Shown one piece after another: positions 27,045 through 60,696 of a DNA stretch of 64,000 bases (the first letter of the stretch is position 1; the number at the start of each line of letters is the position of its first letter). Below the pieces are notes generated by a model. The model did not search any database. It saw only the letters and a program-made list of their open reading frames with translations, and was not told the origin of the DNA. The stretch is from assembly GCF_009914755.1 (NCBI RefSeq), contig NC_060933.1. One strand, 5' to 3'. The translations under genes were made by a program, and so were the position numbers. This stretch comes from the human T2T-CHM13v2.0 reference genome, Homo sapiens.

Positions 27045-27859
27045 TAACTCACTTAACAAATGTGTATTTTTTTGGGTGCCCACTCTGTGCCAGGCACTTA
27101 ACTGGCTAAACATAATAGGGGTGGACAGGACACAGTACCTATGTCCACAGATCCCAGCGGGGAAGATGGACGTGTGTGGGAGAAATTGGGACAGTATCAT
27201 ATAAATGCCACAGAAGAGGAATGCACAGGCAGTGAAGACATTCACAGGAGAAAATGAGAAACTTGCCTGGGGGAAGAGGGCAGTGGTTGTGAAAGCTTTG
27301 CAGAGGAGCAGATGCTTGATCTGGGATCTTGAATAAATAGGAATATGCTGGGTGGAGAGGAGGAAGGGCATTTTAGGAGAGGGGACTGCATATACAAGGG
27401 AAAGTCCATATGAATTCATTAGATAATGATGCAGTACCTTCAAGCATAGTGATTTGAGGCCAGGCTTCACAGACCTGTGGAACTGGATGCAGATCTAGCT
27501 CCGATGCTCACTACCTGTGTGACTTTAGGAAGGTGATTTAACCTTTCTGAGCCTCAGTTTTATCATCTGTAAATGTGGATAATATTGATCCCTATTACAA
27601 GGGGTTTTTGTTAAGATTAAATGCAATAATGCTTGAGGAACCCTGGCATTGTCTCTAGTATATAGTAAATGCTCAATACATTGTAGCTATTATTGTTATG
27701 AAGTACCTATATGTATGGGTTTTACTCTCTTCCCAAAGCCCCCAACATGATCAGGCCTTTCCTGTGCTAGCCAAGGCCAAGGAGGATTAAGGATTAATTA
27801 TGAATAGGGAAGATATACTGCTAATTTTAGCCTGAAGATTTTAGAATTTACTTCTTCTT

Positions 27860-28678
<819 letters not shown>

Positions 28679-29290
28679 TAAATATCATTTTAATGGTTAA
28701 GTTCTGTTTTCTTAGTTCTACTCTCACGGGGCCTTTATATTCTATAGACGCTTTTGTTTGGGCAGGAAGATGTGAGTGTTCAGTCTTTTGGACAGCATTA
28801 ATAGATATTGATATTGCAGTATTGATAGTGGCAACTCTATATTGAGTGCTCACTGAGGGACTGGCCCTTTGCTCAGCACTGTACATGTATTATTTAATAT
28901 GTACCTTAGTTCTACAAAGTGGGTACTTTTATTATCCTTATTTTACAGAGGAAAAAACAGGCTCAGAGGAGTGGGGTTACTTGCTCCAGGTCACACAGCA
29001 CATGAGTGGCAGGGCCAGAGTTTGGGCCCAGGGCTGTCTGACTCCAGGGCCTATGCCTTAACCATCAGGCTGCCCTGTGTCTGCTGCAAGGTACTGAGTC
29101 TGAGGCTGTGTGGATCCTTCTCCAGATGTCATGATGCCTGTTCTTCCCTGAGCTGAGAGCTGCACCATGTGACTTCCACCCAGTGCTCCAAGCTCCTCAT
29201 TCTGCCTTTGGGACAGCCCAGAATGTGCCTAATCCCCCTTCCACATGATAGTCACATGCACTGGAAACTGGCTGTCCTGCGGCTGATTGA

Positions 29291-29446
<156 letters not shown>

Positions 29447-29788
29447 TGACCCTGCCCTGACAGCTTATGGCACCACCAAATTCAGCACCGTGTCTTGGAG
29501 CCTGTTGGTGTGGGTCAGGGGCTTGGGGGCTGTTGGCCCAGGTGCCTGGAAACGAGCAGTACATATGGACATTGATTTGGGATCAGAGGAAATTTATGGG
29601 AGAGAGTTGTAACGAGGTCGTTGCATAAAGGATGGGAGTCAGGGTTTACTGTGGGCAGAGCTTGGGATTGGGAGTCTGCAGATCCACCCAGGCTCTGGGC
29701 TCAATATCTGGCCTTGGCCAAGACTTCCCTCCTCTCCGGAACTTGGTTTCCCCATCTGCTCAACAGATGGGTTATTTCAGCTCTATTC

Positions 29789-29890
29789 ATATATACATGT
29801 ACATATATATGTGTGTATACACATATGTATATATATATAAAATATATGTATACATCTTCATATTGATACATATAAACACTTACATACATA
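29789..29890. repeat. Degenerate (TA)/(TACA) microsatellite
   Basis: atatacatgtacatatatatgtgtgtatac... Confidence 0.85.
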
Positions 29891-30489
29891 AATGACAGAG
29901 CCAGGATTTGAACCCAGGCAGTCTGGTTTCAGCGTCTGTGCTTGGAACCACTGTGATTTGCTGCTGTTTTGTATGTATAAATGGTCAAATAGCACACCTG
30001 ACTCCCAGGTCCCACTTCTAGGGAGAAGGGAAAAGGGTGGGAACCAGCATTGATTCATTCCCTGGTGAGTGCTGGGCTGTTACTTATGTTGCCTTGTTAA
30101 CCCTTATTACAATGCCGTGAAATAGGTGTTATTATCCCCATTTTACAGATGAGGAAACTGAGACTTAGGGGAGTTATAAATTGTCCAAAGCCATATAGTG
30201 CTTGAAGGATCATTATGGTCTTTGAACTGATATTTGTCTCACTTCAGATCCACCTGCCTTTTTCTGTTTTATTTAAAATTAAGGTAAACAAGGATTAGGA
30301 GTAGCTACTAACCCTTTTTGTCTACTTTTGCTTATAAACAAGGAACATTAGCTCATTCTCACAGATCCAGGTGACTGCATCAATCTCTTACTGGTGCTGT
30401 GAGCTGTCTGAATCCAAGGAGGGTATCAGTAGTGTATGAAAGGTGTCCCTTTGAATGGAGCTGCTTTATGCAAGGACTGAAGTTCCTGA

Positions 30490-30789
<300 letters not shown>

Positions 30790-31567
30790 TAAGCCCAGTG
30801 ACTAAAAGAAATCAAATTGTGTATGTGATTGTTCTCTCTGCTTTTCCTGTCTAATCCCTGTGGATTGTTTTTCTGGAAGCAAGCTGTGTTTTGGGAATGT
30901 GAGAGGAGAGCAGTAATTGCCCGTATCCTGACAGTACTTTAGTTAACTGAGCCCTCTCATGCACTTCCTCTCCCTGGGTGCTCACAACAGCCCTATGAAC
31001 AAGGGAGGATTACTGAACCCACCCTGCAGCACAGGGTGCCTAAAGTTGACGTCTGGGGAGAGGTAATTTACATTATTCCCTCCTGTGACGGGCAGATGCC
31101 GACCTGGTGCTCTATTGACAGTCATGTCTCTAATCCCAGCAATGACCTTTGAGGCAAGGTGGGTGGTCCGAGAGTTTAGGTAACTTGTCCTGGATCCCAC
31201 TGTTAGTGACAGAGCCAGGGTTCAAACCCTGAGCCCTCTGGTTCCTGATCATGTTCCGAAAGGAGGTGGATACCTCCCAGCTTGATGTATGATTTTAATT
31301 GTTTTCTGTCTCTTCAGTGTCTGTCTTTTGATATGTACTGAGCACATCATATGTAGTAGGTCCTCTGTTAAATGCTTACACATTAACTCATTAAATCCTT
31401 CGACATTAAATCTGGGTAGAGGCTGTTACACTCACTTTGCAGTCGAGGAACCCTAGACTCGGGCTCATAGAGTAGCCCTGGCCATGCTGCTAATAAATGC
31501 CAGAGTTGGAAATCAAGGCCAGGGCCTCAGATTCCAAGCCATGTTCTTAGCCACAACGCTAGAGAAA

Positions 31568-32070
31568 ACTGTTGGTTTTCCAAAGCTGCTGTAACAAATT
31601 ACCATGAACTTATTGGATTAAAACAACACCAATTTATTATCTTCCAGTTCTGTAGGTTAGATATTTGACATAGGTCTCACTGGACTAAAATCTAGGTACA
31701 GGCAGGGCTGCTTCCTTCTGAAGGCTCTGGGGGAGAATCTGTTTTCTTGCCTGTTTAGCTCCTAGTGGTCCTCTGCATTCCTTGGCTCGTGATCCTTTTC
31801 TTCATCTTCAAAGCCAGCAATGGCAGATCCAATCTTTTTCACATCTCCTTCTCTGGCTCTTTTGCCTCCCTCTTCTACTTTTAAGGACCCTTGTGATTAC
31901 ATTGGGCCAGCTGGATAATCTGAGATAATCTCCTAATTTTAAGGTCAGCTGATTAACAACATAAATTTCATCGGTGGCTTTAACTCCCCTTTGCTGTGTA
32001 ACAACATTTGCACTGGTTTTGGCGAATAGGATTTAGACATCTTTGGGGACCATTTCTCTGCTACCACACC
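31568..32070 (-). mobile_element. MLT1-family MaLR solo LTR
   Basis: gctgctgtaacaaattaccatgaactt...ttctgaaggctctgggggagaatctg...gacatctttggggaccatt. Confidence 0.8.
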
Positions 32071-32692
32071 TATGTTGTCTTTCCACCTACTTGGGAAGCT
32101 CTTGTTCCTCCATCCCCCGATCCCTGGCACAGTGCTGGACTCTGATCTTGCCTGACTCAGAAAGAGGGGGCAGGATGTTGGGAAATGTAAATCAGCATTT
32201 GGGGTGTGAATTCCACTTAGTGCGTGTGTTCACGAGACAAACGGGAACTATATGGTGTACTCATTCTGTAAGGATCTTTGTTGGGCTTTGCCACAAGACT
32301 GACAAAATAATGCTGCCCTTGGGGTCTGTTGAAGCTTTCATGGCCCTTGTGTTTGGCTTATAAAACAAATCGAGCTGGCTACTCCTGCAGCAAGAACTTT
32401 GTCTTGGGGAGGGGAAGAAGCAAAGTGTTTTGTTTTAGTTAGCAGGAGCAAGCAAAAAAGATTGGCACCTGACAGGTGCTTCGAGGATGTGGATGTAATT
32501 CACATGGTGGAGGGAATGCCTGCTTTGGCTCTCTGCCTCTGTCTCTTCTTTCCTCCTTTTATTCAGCTGGTATTTATGAAGCCCTTGATAGTACCAGGAC
32601 ATACCTTGTCAGGGCCGCACAGCCAGGAAACAGCAGAGCTGGGCTTTGGCCCAGGACTGACACTATTGAATTTACTGTTCCAACAATATATA

Positions 32693-32740
32693 TCCATCCA
32701 TCCATCCATCCATCCATCCATCCATCCATCCATCCATCCA
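32693..32740 (+). repeat. (TCCA)n tetranucleotide microsatellite, ~12 units
   Basis: tccatccatccatcca... Confidence 0.95.
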
Positions 32741-33457
32741 AGACAGGTCTTACTCTGTGCCAGGCACAGATCCCAGAAAACGCGCAAGGCTTGTGTGCAG
32801 CATGGAGGTCTCAGGTGCATCCTGGCAATGCCATCATCACTGTCTGCTCATTTAGGAGACTCCTTATTTTCTTCCTAATAATGTCCATCATTTCATGAGC
32901 ACCTATTGTGTGCTGTATGCTTGGGGCTTCACGTCTATGCCCAACAACAACCTTATAAGGAGGCAGGATACCGCCGCCATTTGCTAGCTCTGCAACTTGG
33001 GGTGAGTTACTTAATCTATCAGGGCCTCAGTTTCCTCATCTAAAACATGAGATAATAATTGTAGCTCCCTCATAGGGTTATTGTGAGAATTAAATGACTT
33101 AGACACACAAAGTGTTTATAATAGTACCTGGTGTAAAGTAAATGCTTTGTAAGTATTAACTGTTATTAACTCTGTTTGCCAGTGAGGAAACGGAAGTTCA
33201 GAGAGGTTAAGTAACCAGTCCATGGCCAAACAGCCCTTCTCAGGTCTTCTTTTGGGTCTCAGCTCCAGGACCTCCTCCTCCCTGGATCCCTTGTCACTCA
33301 GGACTATGCAGATCCCCTCTTCCTGACCATTGTCACTCTTACTGTTAGCATCCTCTCTGTGTTGTTACTTGATGTCTTTGAGAGCATCAATGTCTGGCAT
33401 AACTGTCTTGTTTTCCCTTTGGCTCACTGTTAGCCTTTCTCAGGATTGGAAGATTTG

Positions 33458-36010
<2,553 letters not shown>

Positions 36011-36143
36011 CTGTGACTGCCTCCACCCCCGACCATTTAATAGGGGAGGAAATGGGACAGTCCTGAGGGTGGGGATTGTCCCTTGGCATCTGGGGGTGGG
36101 ATGGTGTGTTTCTACTGCCCAGAGCCTGGGAGCTCCCCAGTAG

Positions 36144-36320
<177 letters not shown>

Positions 36321-37472
36321 TGATGGCCCAGTTTTATGTTGGGCTAATGGAGAGCAGTGGCCTCATGTTCTCCCAGCCTACACAGTGTTTGCAGTAGTCT
36401 GCTAATGAGATGGCTGTTGGCAGCCCTTTCCTTCCTCCCTGCCCTGGTGTTTCTTCCTCAAGACACCTTCTCTGTGCAGTAACCAGTGGCCTGGAACCTC
36501 CACGTGGCAGGGCTGGAAGGGAAGCACAGATAATGTCCACACCTTGCTGCTCACCTGGCATTTATTCAGCAGACGGAGCCTCCTCTGTGCTGTGCCCTCG
36601 GTTGGACACTGGCGACATTGAGGGGCCCATGCAAGGTCCCTGTCCTGGCAGAGGATGACAGGCATACAGTGAGACAGTCAACAGTAGCCTCTCTGGCCTT
36701 ATAGCAAACGGACAGCCCCCAACAAGGCTGAGAGGCAAGGTACACAGGGTCCCTTTGAAGGGCTGCATGGAGCTCACCATGGCTGGGGCTATACCAGAGT
36801 GACACAGCGGGGAGAGATGAGGCCGGAGAGGCAGGTCAGATGCTGAAGGCCTTGTTTGCCTGGCTTGGTCATTCTCTTTGCCCCGAAGGTTGGGGGGAGA
36901 TCTGAAAGTGACTAGTATGGCGTGGCAGGGTGGGTCAGAACACAGTTAGGCCAGATCTCCTGATCCTGGCTGAACTCTCCTGTTCCTCCATCCATGCCTG
37001 ATCTGCCCAGTGGAATTGCAAAACCTCCTTGGCACCACATCTGCATTCTCACCAGTCATGGCCCCTTGCCTGGTGGGAGCCCAGAGGTAGGTGTGCACGG
37101 GGGACCTGGGAAGAGGCTCCTCATGCACCTGCCTCAGTTCCTCCACGAATGTTTATTGAGAGCCTATTGTGTACCAGGCACTGTCCCAGGGATTGAGGCT
37201 GCAGCAGAGAACACATGCAGGTCCCTATGTTTGTGGAGCCTATCACACCCAAGATGGTGTAGGTATAAGATGATCTTGCCTATCATTGGAGTGAAGCAGA
37301 TGACATCACAAGATTCTCGGCAGTTCAAGTGTGACATTGTAGACTGGGAGCTCCTGGAATGTGGGGGTCCTTTTTAGCCTCGTTTATCTTTGAATCTCCT
37401 TTATCCGTTGGCACGTAGGAGTGGCTTGACATGTGTTAGATGAATGCACGGATGGATAGATGACTAAAGAAT

Positions 37473-40755
<3,283 letters not shown>

Positions 40756-40932
40756 TAAAAGGAAAAATATTTAGAGCTATTAATGACCATCTGTAGGGAA
40801 TTATGTAATATCCCGAATGCGACCAGCTTTTTCTGAGGTCATCATCTGAGTCTGAGACCTCATCTTCTGCTCGGTCTGCAGCTTGGGGAGGGACTCAGCC
40901 TCGCAGATACCACCTGATTTAGGCACTCCTGA

Positions 40933-41190
<258 letters not shown>

Positions 41191-41552
41191 TAGAGAAAGC
41201 CTATGTGGGGGCTTCTTAGATTCCCCAAGACATGCTTCTCTCAGTTAGTAGACACCACACAAATCTAGCTCAGGAGTTTTCAATCTTTTCATTCTTCACC
41301 CTAGCACTTAAAAAGATAGTTAACAGGAAGCATTTTATATTTATTGGGACTTTTTGTTGCATTATTTAATATCTTGGATATTCTTTTTGATGGTTGCATT
41401 GGATGGGTAGTTGCATGTTGATAGATTATAGCTTACTTAACCATGAACATACTGATGAACATTTGGGTCTCAGTCAATCAATTATTTATTCATCTATCCA
41501 ACCATTCATCCATCTACTTTAATTGCAGTTAGACAGTTGACTCTTCTTTGAA

Positions 41553-45218
<3,666 letters not shown>

Positions 45219-45546
45219 TAGAAATTTGGTAATTTCTCTAGGGCTTCGAGGTTGCATATTTTTTTTGTGCGTATTATTATTGCCATTCAGCAGTTAGTTA
45301 CTCACCTTGGCAACGAGGACATTGAGGCTGCAGGAGCCCCACAGGCCATGAGTTGCAGAACTGGGCTTCTGGACCAGGCTGGCATCTTCTGAGAGTCCTA
45401 GGTGCTGACCTGGCCTGGTTCTTCCTAGAGAGCATCACTGCTGGGTCCAGGGGCAAGAAAGCAGCATGTCCTTCCCCTGGTGCCTAAGCCCTTTTTCCTC
45501 AAGGGGCTCCCCTGTGGTATTCAATCTGCTTCCCTGCCTCTTCTAG

Positions 45547-48835
<3,289 letters not shown>

Positions 48836-49259
48836 TTTTTTGTCTCGCATATTGTAGATACCTGATGTATATTTTTGTTGATCTAGCAGGTCATTAACCG
48901 TTAAGGTTATTCAGTCTGCCTCAGACCTCAGCTATTTCAGTGCCATGGGGTATATTTATGTCAATAAAGATTTTAGTCAAATCTCTGGAATTCAGCATCC
49001 AGAGATAATATAGCAAGGAGATAAAGAGCAAGCTGGTGACTTTGGGCCAGATACTCACTCTTACTGTACTTTCTGTACCTAATTTCCTCATGTATTAAGG
49101 GGGGAGTGTGATAATAAGGGGGATTAACGGGAGTGATTGATGTGAAGCACAAAGCCTGGTCCACAGTAAGGGCTCAGTCAGTGGGGGCGTTTCTTCTGCA
49201 GCTGCTGGCTGCTGTTGGCTCCTAGTTTATGTTATCCTATGTTATCTTATAGTTGAGTG

Positions 49260-54600
<5,341 letters not shown>

Positions 54601-56422
54601 TTTACCATGATCAGAAGTAAATCCAGCTGTGGTTTCCATGATTATTTTTATTGTTACTATTTGAAAATCCTTCAAAGAAAGATGTCACCCTGTGGCTGAG
54701 AGCCCTTTAAAAAAGTCACAGGATGGAGGCTTCTTTGCATCCCTTCTGTGAAGGAGTTTCTAAATTATCAAAGCAGGAAGTGACATTTAAGGAGCATCTT
54801 TTTTGTGTAAAGCACCTGCTACAGTTGTTGCAGAAAGCAGTCCAAGAAATAAGGAATATGGGGTTTGCTGGGGAAGGAAAGTGGGACCTTCGCATGAGAG
54901 GAGGTGAGGAATGCATAGGACAAGGGGAATCTGGGTAAGAGGGTGGGTCCAGGGGATACAGTATGAGAATGGGCAGTGGAAGAGGACTCTGGACATGAGG
55001 TCCGGGAAAGTGAACTGTATCTTCACCCAACAGATGCCAGTGGGGTCTCATCCCATGGGGAAGAGGTGCCACGATGCAGTGAGCTGACAACTCCACACAC
55101 ATGTTGTAGGCCTCTCTGCTTCCTTCCAGCTATAGTTCTTTTACCTTTTCCTGCTAAATATTGCCAACCTTCTTAATATGGTCATCTGGATGTCCCATAG
55201 GCCCCTCCAGCTTGGAATAGCCCAAAATTAAGTGATCTGCTGTTGTTGTCAACTTGGCCTCAATACCACAAGGACCTCATTCCCTAGAATCTTCTTTCCT
55301 GTATGGTTCTGAGTTAGAATTGGCCAGCTTTGCCTGAGAAATATGACTCAAGGTCCTCTTATTCATCCTGACTGCTGCTGCCCTACTTTAGGCCTGTATC
55401 ACTGTCTGTCCTGATTGCCTAGGCAGTCGCTTAATTTGTTTTGTTTTGTTTTGGTAGAGATCGGGTCTTGCTGTGTTGCCCAGGCTGATCTCAAACTCCT
55501 GGCCTCAAGTGATACTCCTGCCTCTGCCTCCTGTATTTCTGGGGCCACAGACATAAGCCCAGCCTCTTAATTTGATTTCTGCATTAGTCATGATCCACTT
55601 GGGAGACAGAAACCACATAACAATTTGAATATGAGAAGATTAATATAAGTACTAACTAGAACAGGGGATTGGAGTAATGAAGGAGTGGTAAGAAGTCAGG
55701 AGAGCTTTAAAGAATATAGGAATAATGGACATAAGGAGCAGCCAGCACCCCTAGAACTAAGAAAGAACACCCCCAGGCTCTATCCCCAGCTGAGATCCAG
55801 ATGTTGCTGGGAAGGGCATGGCTGTGCCTCACAATGGCAGAGAAGTCTGGGAGAATGTTCTAGAAGTCTGCCCTTGGGTGCCAGGGAAAGCTGTCATGGA
55901 ACAGTGTCTGATTAGAGGCACACCTATTTGTGGGGGCACTAGGAGAAGCTGCTAGTTGCCAAGTGCTACTGACCACCATCCTCTGCAGGATTCCTGTTCT
56001 GGAAAAGTTGCCTGCACTGCGGGAGGGTGATGTTGGAGAAGCTGTGAGCTCTGTGCTGTTAAGATGAGCCCAGCACAACCAGAAAGGAAGGCCTCTTCCT
56101 CCTCCAATGTCTCTAGCTCCCCCTCCTGACAGAGCCTAGCATTGCACCAACTACCAAAAGAAAAATATTTAAAGGGCCAGCTCCATTTTTGAAGAGCAGG
56201 CGATGAACAGTAAATTTGGGGTCCAGAGTAATAACTGAATGTCATTCTACCATTATCGAGGGGCCGCATAACCAAGTTGTTAAGAGTGTGGACTCTGCAG
56301 TTGGGTTTCTTGAGTTAAAGTCTTAGCTCTGGCACTTAATGTGAGTTAGTGTAAACCTTAAAAGATTTATTTAACCTGTGTCTCACTTCCCTAATCTGTA
56401 AAATCAGGTAGTAACAGTTCTA

Positions 56423-57462
<1,040 letters not shown>

Positions 57463-57489
57463 AAGTGTTGTCTTCCAACTCGCCTTGTT

Positions 57490-57852
57490 TGTTATGGTCT
57501 GAATGTTAATGTTCCCCCAAATTCATGTGTTGAAATCTTAACTCCCAAGGTGATGGTATAAGAATTGTGGTCTTTGGGAGGTTTAGGAGGATTAGGTCAT
57601 GAGAGCAGAGCCCTCACGATTGAGATTAGTGCCCTTATGAAAGAGCCTGAGAGAGACCCCTTGCCCCTTCTGCTATGTGAGAACACAGCAAGAAGCGCCC
57701 TCTATGAGGAACAGGCCCTCACCAGACACTGATGCTGCTGGAGTTTTGATCTTGGACTTCCCAGCCTCCAAAACTGTGAGAAATAAACTTCTGTTGTTTG
57801 TAAGTCACCCGGTTATGGTATCTTATTTTAGTAGTCTGAACAGACTAAGGCA
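57490..57852 (+). mobile_element. MLT1A-type MaLR solo LTR
   Basis: tgttatggtctgaatgtt...gccctcaccagacact...ttggacttcccagcctccaaaactgtgagaaataaa...cagactaaggca. Confidence 0.85.
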
Positions 57853-58732
57853 CTGTTCATAGTACAAAAGTTGGAAATCAGGCTGTGTCACTTTGTTGCT
57901 TAAAACTCACCTGTGGCTTCCCATTATTTTCAAGATAGAGTTCAGCTCCTTTTCCCTGGATACAAAGCTCTTGATGCTCTGCCCACTTCACCTCCCACCA
58001 AACCCTGGCTCAGGTTTTCACTTGAGTCATTCTAGACTTGGTACTTTGCTACCCTCATGCCCTCCCAGGTCGTGCCCCTATTTTCCAACTTTGCTGATTG
58101 TATTCCCTCCTTCTGGAATATCATCCCTTCTCCTTTTAGCTAACTTCCCTTCAAGCACCATCGCCTCCAGGAAGCCTTCCATTAATCCCCGAGTCAGTTG
58201 CAAAATGCTCCTTTGTCATTTTGCTTTCCAAGTTTTTGCCCTATTATGTCAGAGTGATACACTTCCATGCCTGGCTCCCTGGCTAATGTGGAAACCATGT
58301 GGGGTCTTCTGCATATTACTCACAGTTGCATACTCCGTGTTTCAGCACAAGCGGTGCTGCGTATCAGCACTGGCTACGCATTGCATAACTCTAGGGCTGC
58401 TGTTTGTAGAGTTTTTCACAACATGCCCTGCTGTTCCCTATGGCCCTGAGCGTCAAATGGAGTCGCACAGTAGGCAAGCAGAATTGTGCCCTGAAGCTCT
58501 GGACGTTTATGACAGTGGCCTGTTATACAAACTGGCCTCTCCTAATATAGCACTTCCCTGTTAGGTTGGTTAGGAGTGACTGAAACAAATGTGTTAATGC
58601 GTTAAAATGACAAAACCACATTTCTTTCCAAGAGGTGCCAGGGTCTAATTGCTCCATGTTTTTGGGAATCTCAGAGGTAGGGCTGGCAAAGGGGGAAGGA
58701 GGAGAGACACTTCCTCTGATGTGACCAAGGAC

Positions 58733-58738
58733 TTTAAT
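58733..58738 (-). terminator. TEX53: Probable TEX53 poly(A) signal (ATTAAA)
   Basis: tttaat on the plus strand, ~200 nt downstream of the TEX53 stop. Confidence 0.55.
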
Positions 58739-58941
58739 TGGAGGCGGCTCCCCCCCACGGTGGCTTTTTCAGAAGCTGGAGTGACTCTTGGTGGTGGCAC
58801 AGGGATGGCTCAGACGTCTTCTCCTCCTGCAGGGGAGTTTCTGAATCAGTCTTCATGACTCTTGTCCACTGCCCTCTTCCTCATGGAAGCCCAGCAGCTG
58901 TGCAGCCGCAGGGACCACGTGGGTGCCGCCGGCTAGAATGC

Positions 58942-59067
<126 letters not shown>

Positions 59068-59205
59068 TTATCCTGGGTAAAGGCTTTGAGTGATGCGCGT
59101 ATAACCTATCTTGGCCATACTCCACTCAGAGACTCCTCAAATCATTAATCTCTTTAAAAATAAAAGTTTGCTTGTATGAGCTAAGAATGATCTCGAGCTG
59201 GGTGA

Positions 59206-59588
<383 letters not shown>

Positions 59589-60037
59589 TTGTTGAATGTC
59601 TTCTTTGTGTGGGGCCATATGCATTCACTTACACACGGTGCCTGCCTTCATCCTCCTAACAGCCTGCACAGTGGGCAATATATTATCGTTATCCTCATTT
59701 TGGAGAGAAGGATGCTGAGGCTTAGAGAGGGAGGGTCGGCGACATGCCCAAACTCAGTAAGCAGCAGAGGCAGAGTTTAAACTACCATCTAATAAAGTAC
59801 CACAAACTCAGTGAGAAATTAAATAAATCAACAAATGGCCATGGAGGACTAAAGCCAGTGATTTCAACGAATATCTACCACCTAATAACTAATCTCTAAT
59901 AACTGATAGAGTCTTTAGACTGTGTTGTTCCAGGCTTGAGTAACTACGCCCTTTCCACACTCCCAGAAGGCTGAAAGAAGTCTGACTATGTCCCAGCAGG
60001 AGGTGGCCGGGGAGGCCGAGGCGCAGAGAATCATTCA

Positions 60038-60262
<225 letters not shown>

Positions 60263-60696
60263 TTATTTAAGCGCTGGGTCATAGTGGGCCCTTCCCCTCT
60301 CTCTGACCTGCTGTAGCTCCCTGTGGCCAGCAGTTCCAGGCCCACCTGCCTGGGCCCACCACTCTGAGGGTCAGTCTTTCCTCAACTGTGCACATTTCTC
60401 CTACCTGTGGAAAGGACATGGAGCCTCCACTCTGCCAGTCTTTCCCTGTAGCGTTGCCTTCTTGAACCACAGATGTTGGAGGTCCAGCACAGTTCTCTGG
60501 GCAGGGTTGTTTTCTAGATGAACTTAAGACTGTAGCTGGAAAACGTGAATCTCTGCTTTGCCAGGTCCTATGGCAGCAGAACCCCAGGAGATGCGGCAGC
60601 CCACACAGACAAGCTTGTGTTTAAGGGTCAGATTTGCCTTCTCTCTAGGTGTATGTGTGCTCTTGGGTTGGTTCTGTAATCTCTTTGTGCCTCACT

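Noticed and set aside
55585-56230. Possible ancient LTR-like segment
   Set aside because: I could not assign a family or boundaries reliably by eye. It needs a Dfam search.
57893-58564. 223-aa plus-strand ORF
   Set aside because: Non-ATG start, first half in pyrimidine-rich L2-like sequence, no recognisable domain, no promoter or splice support.
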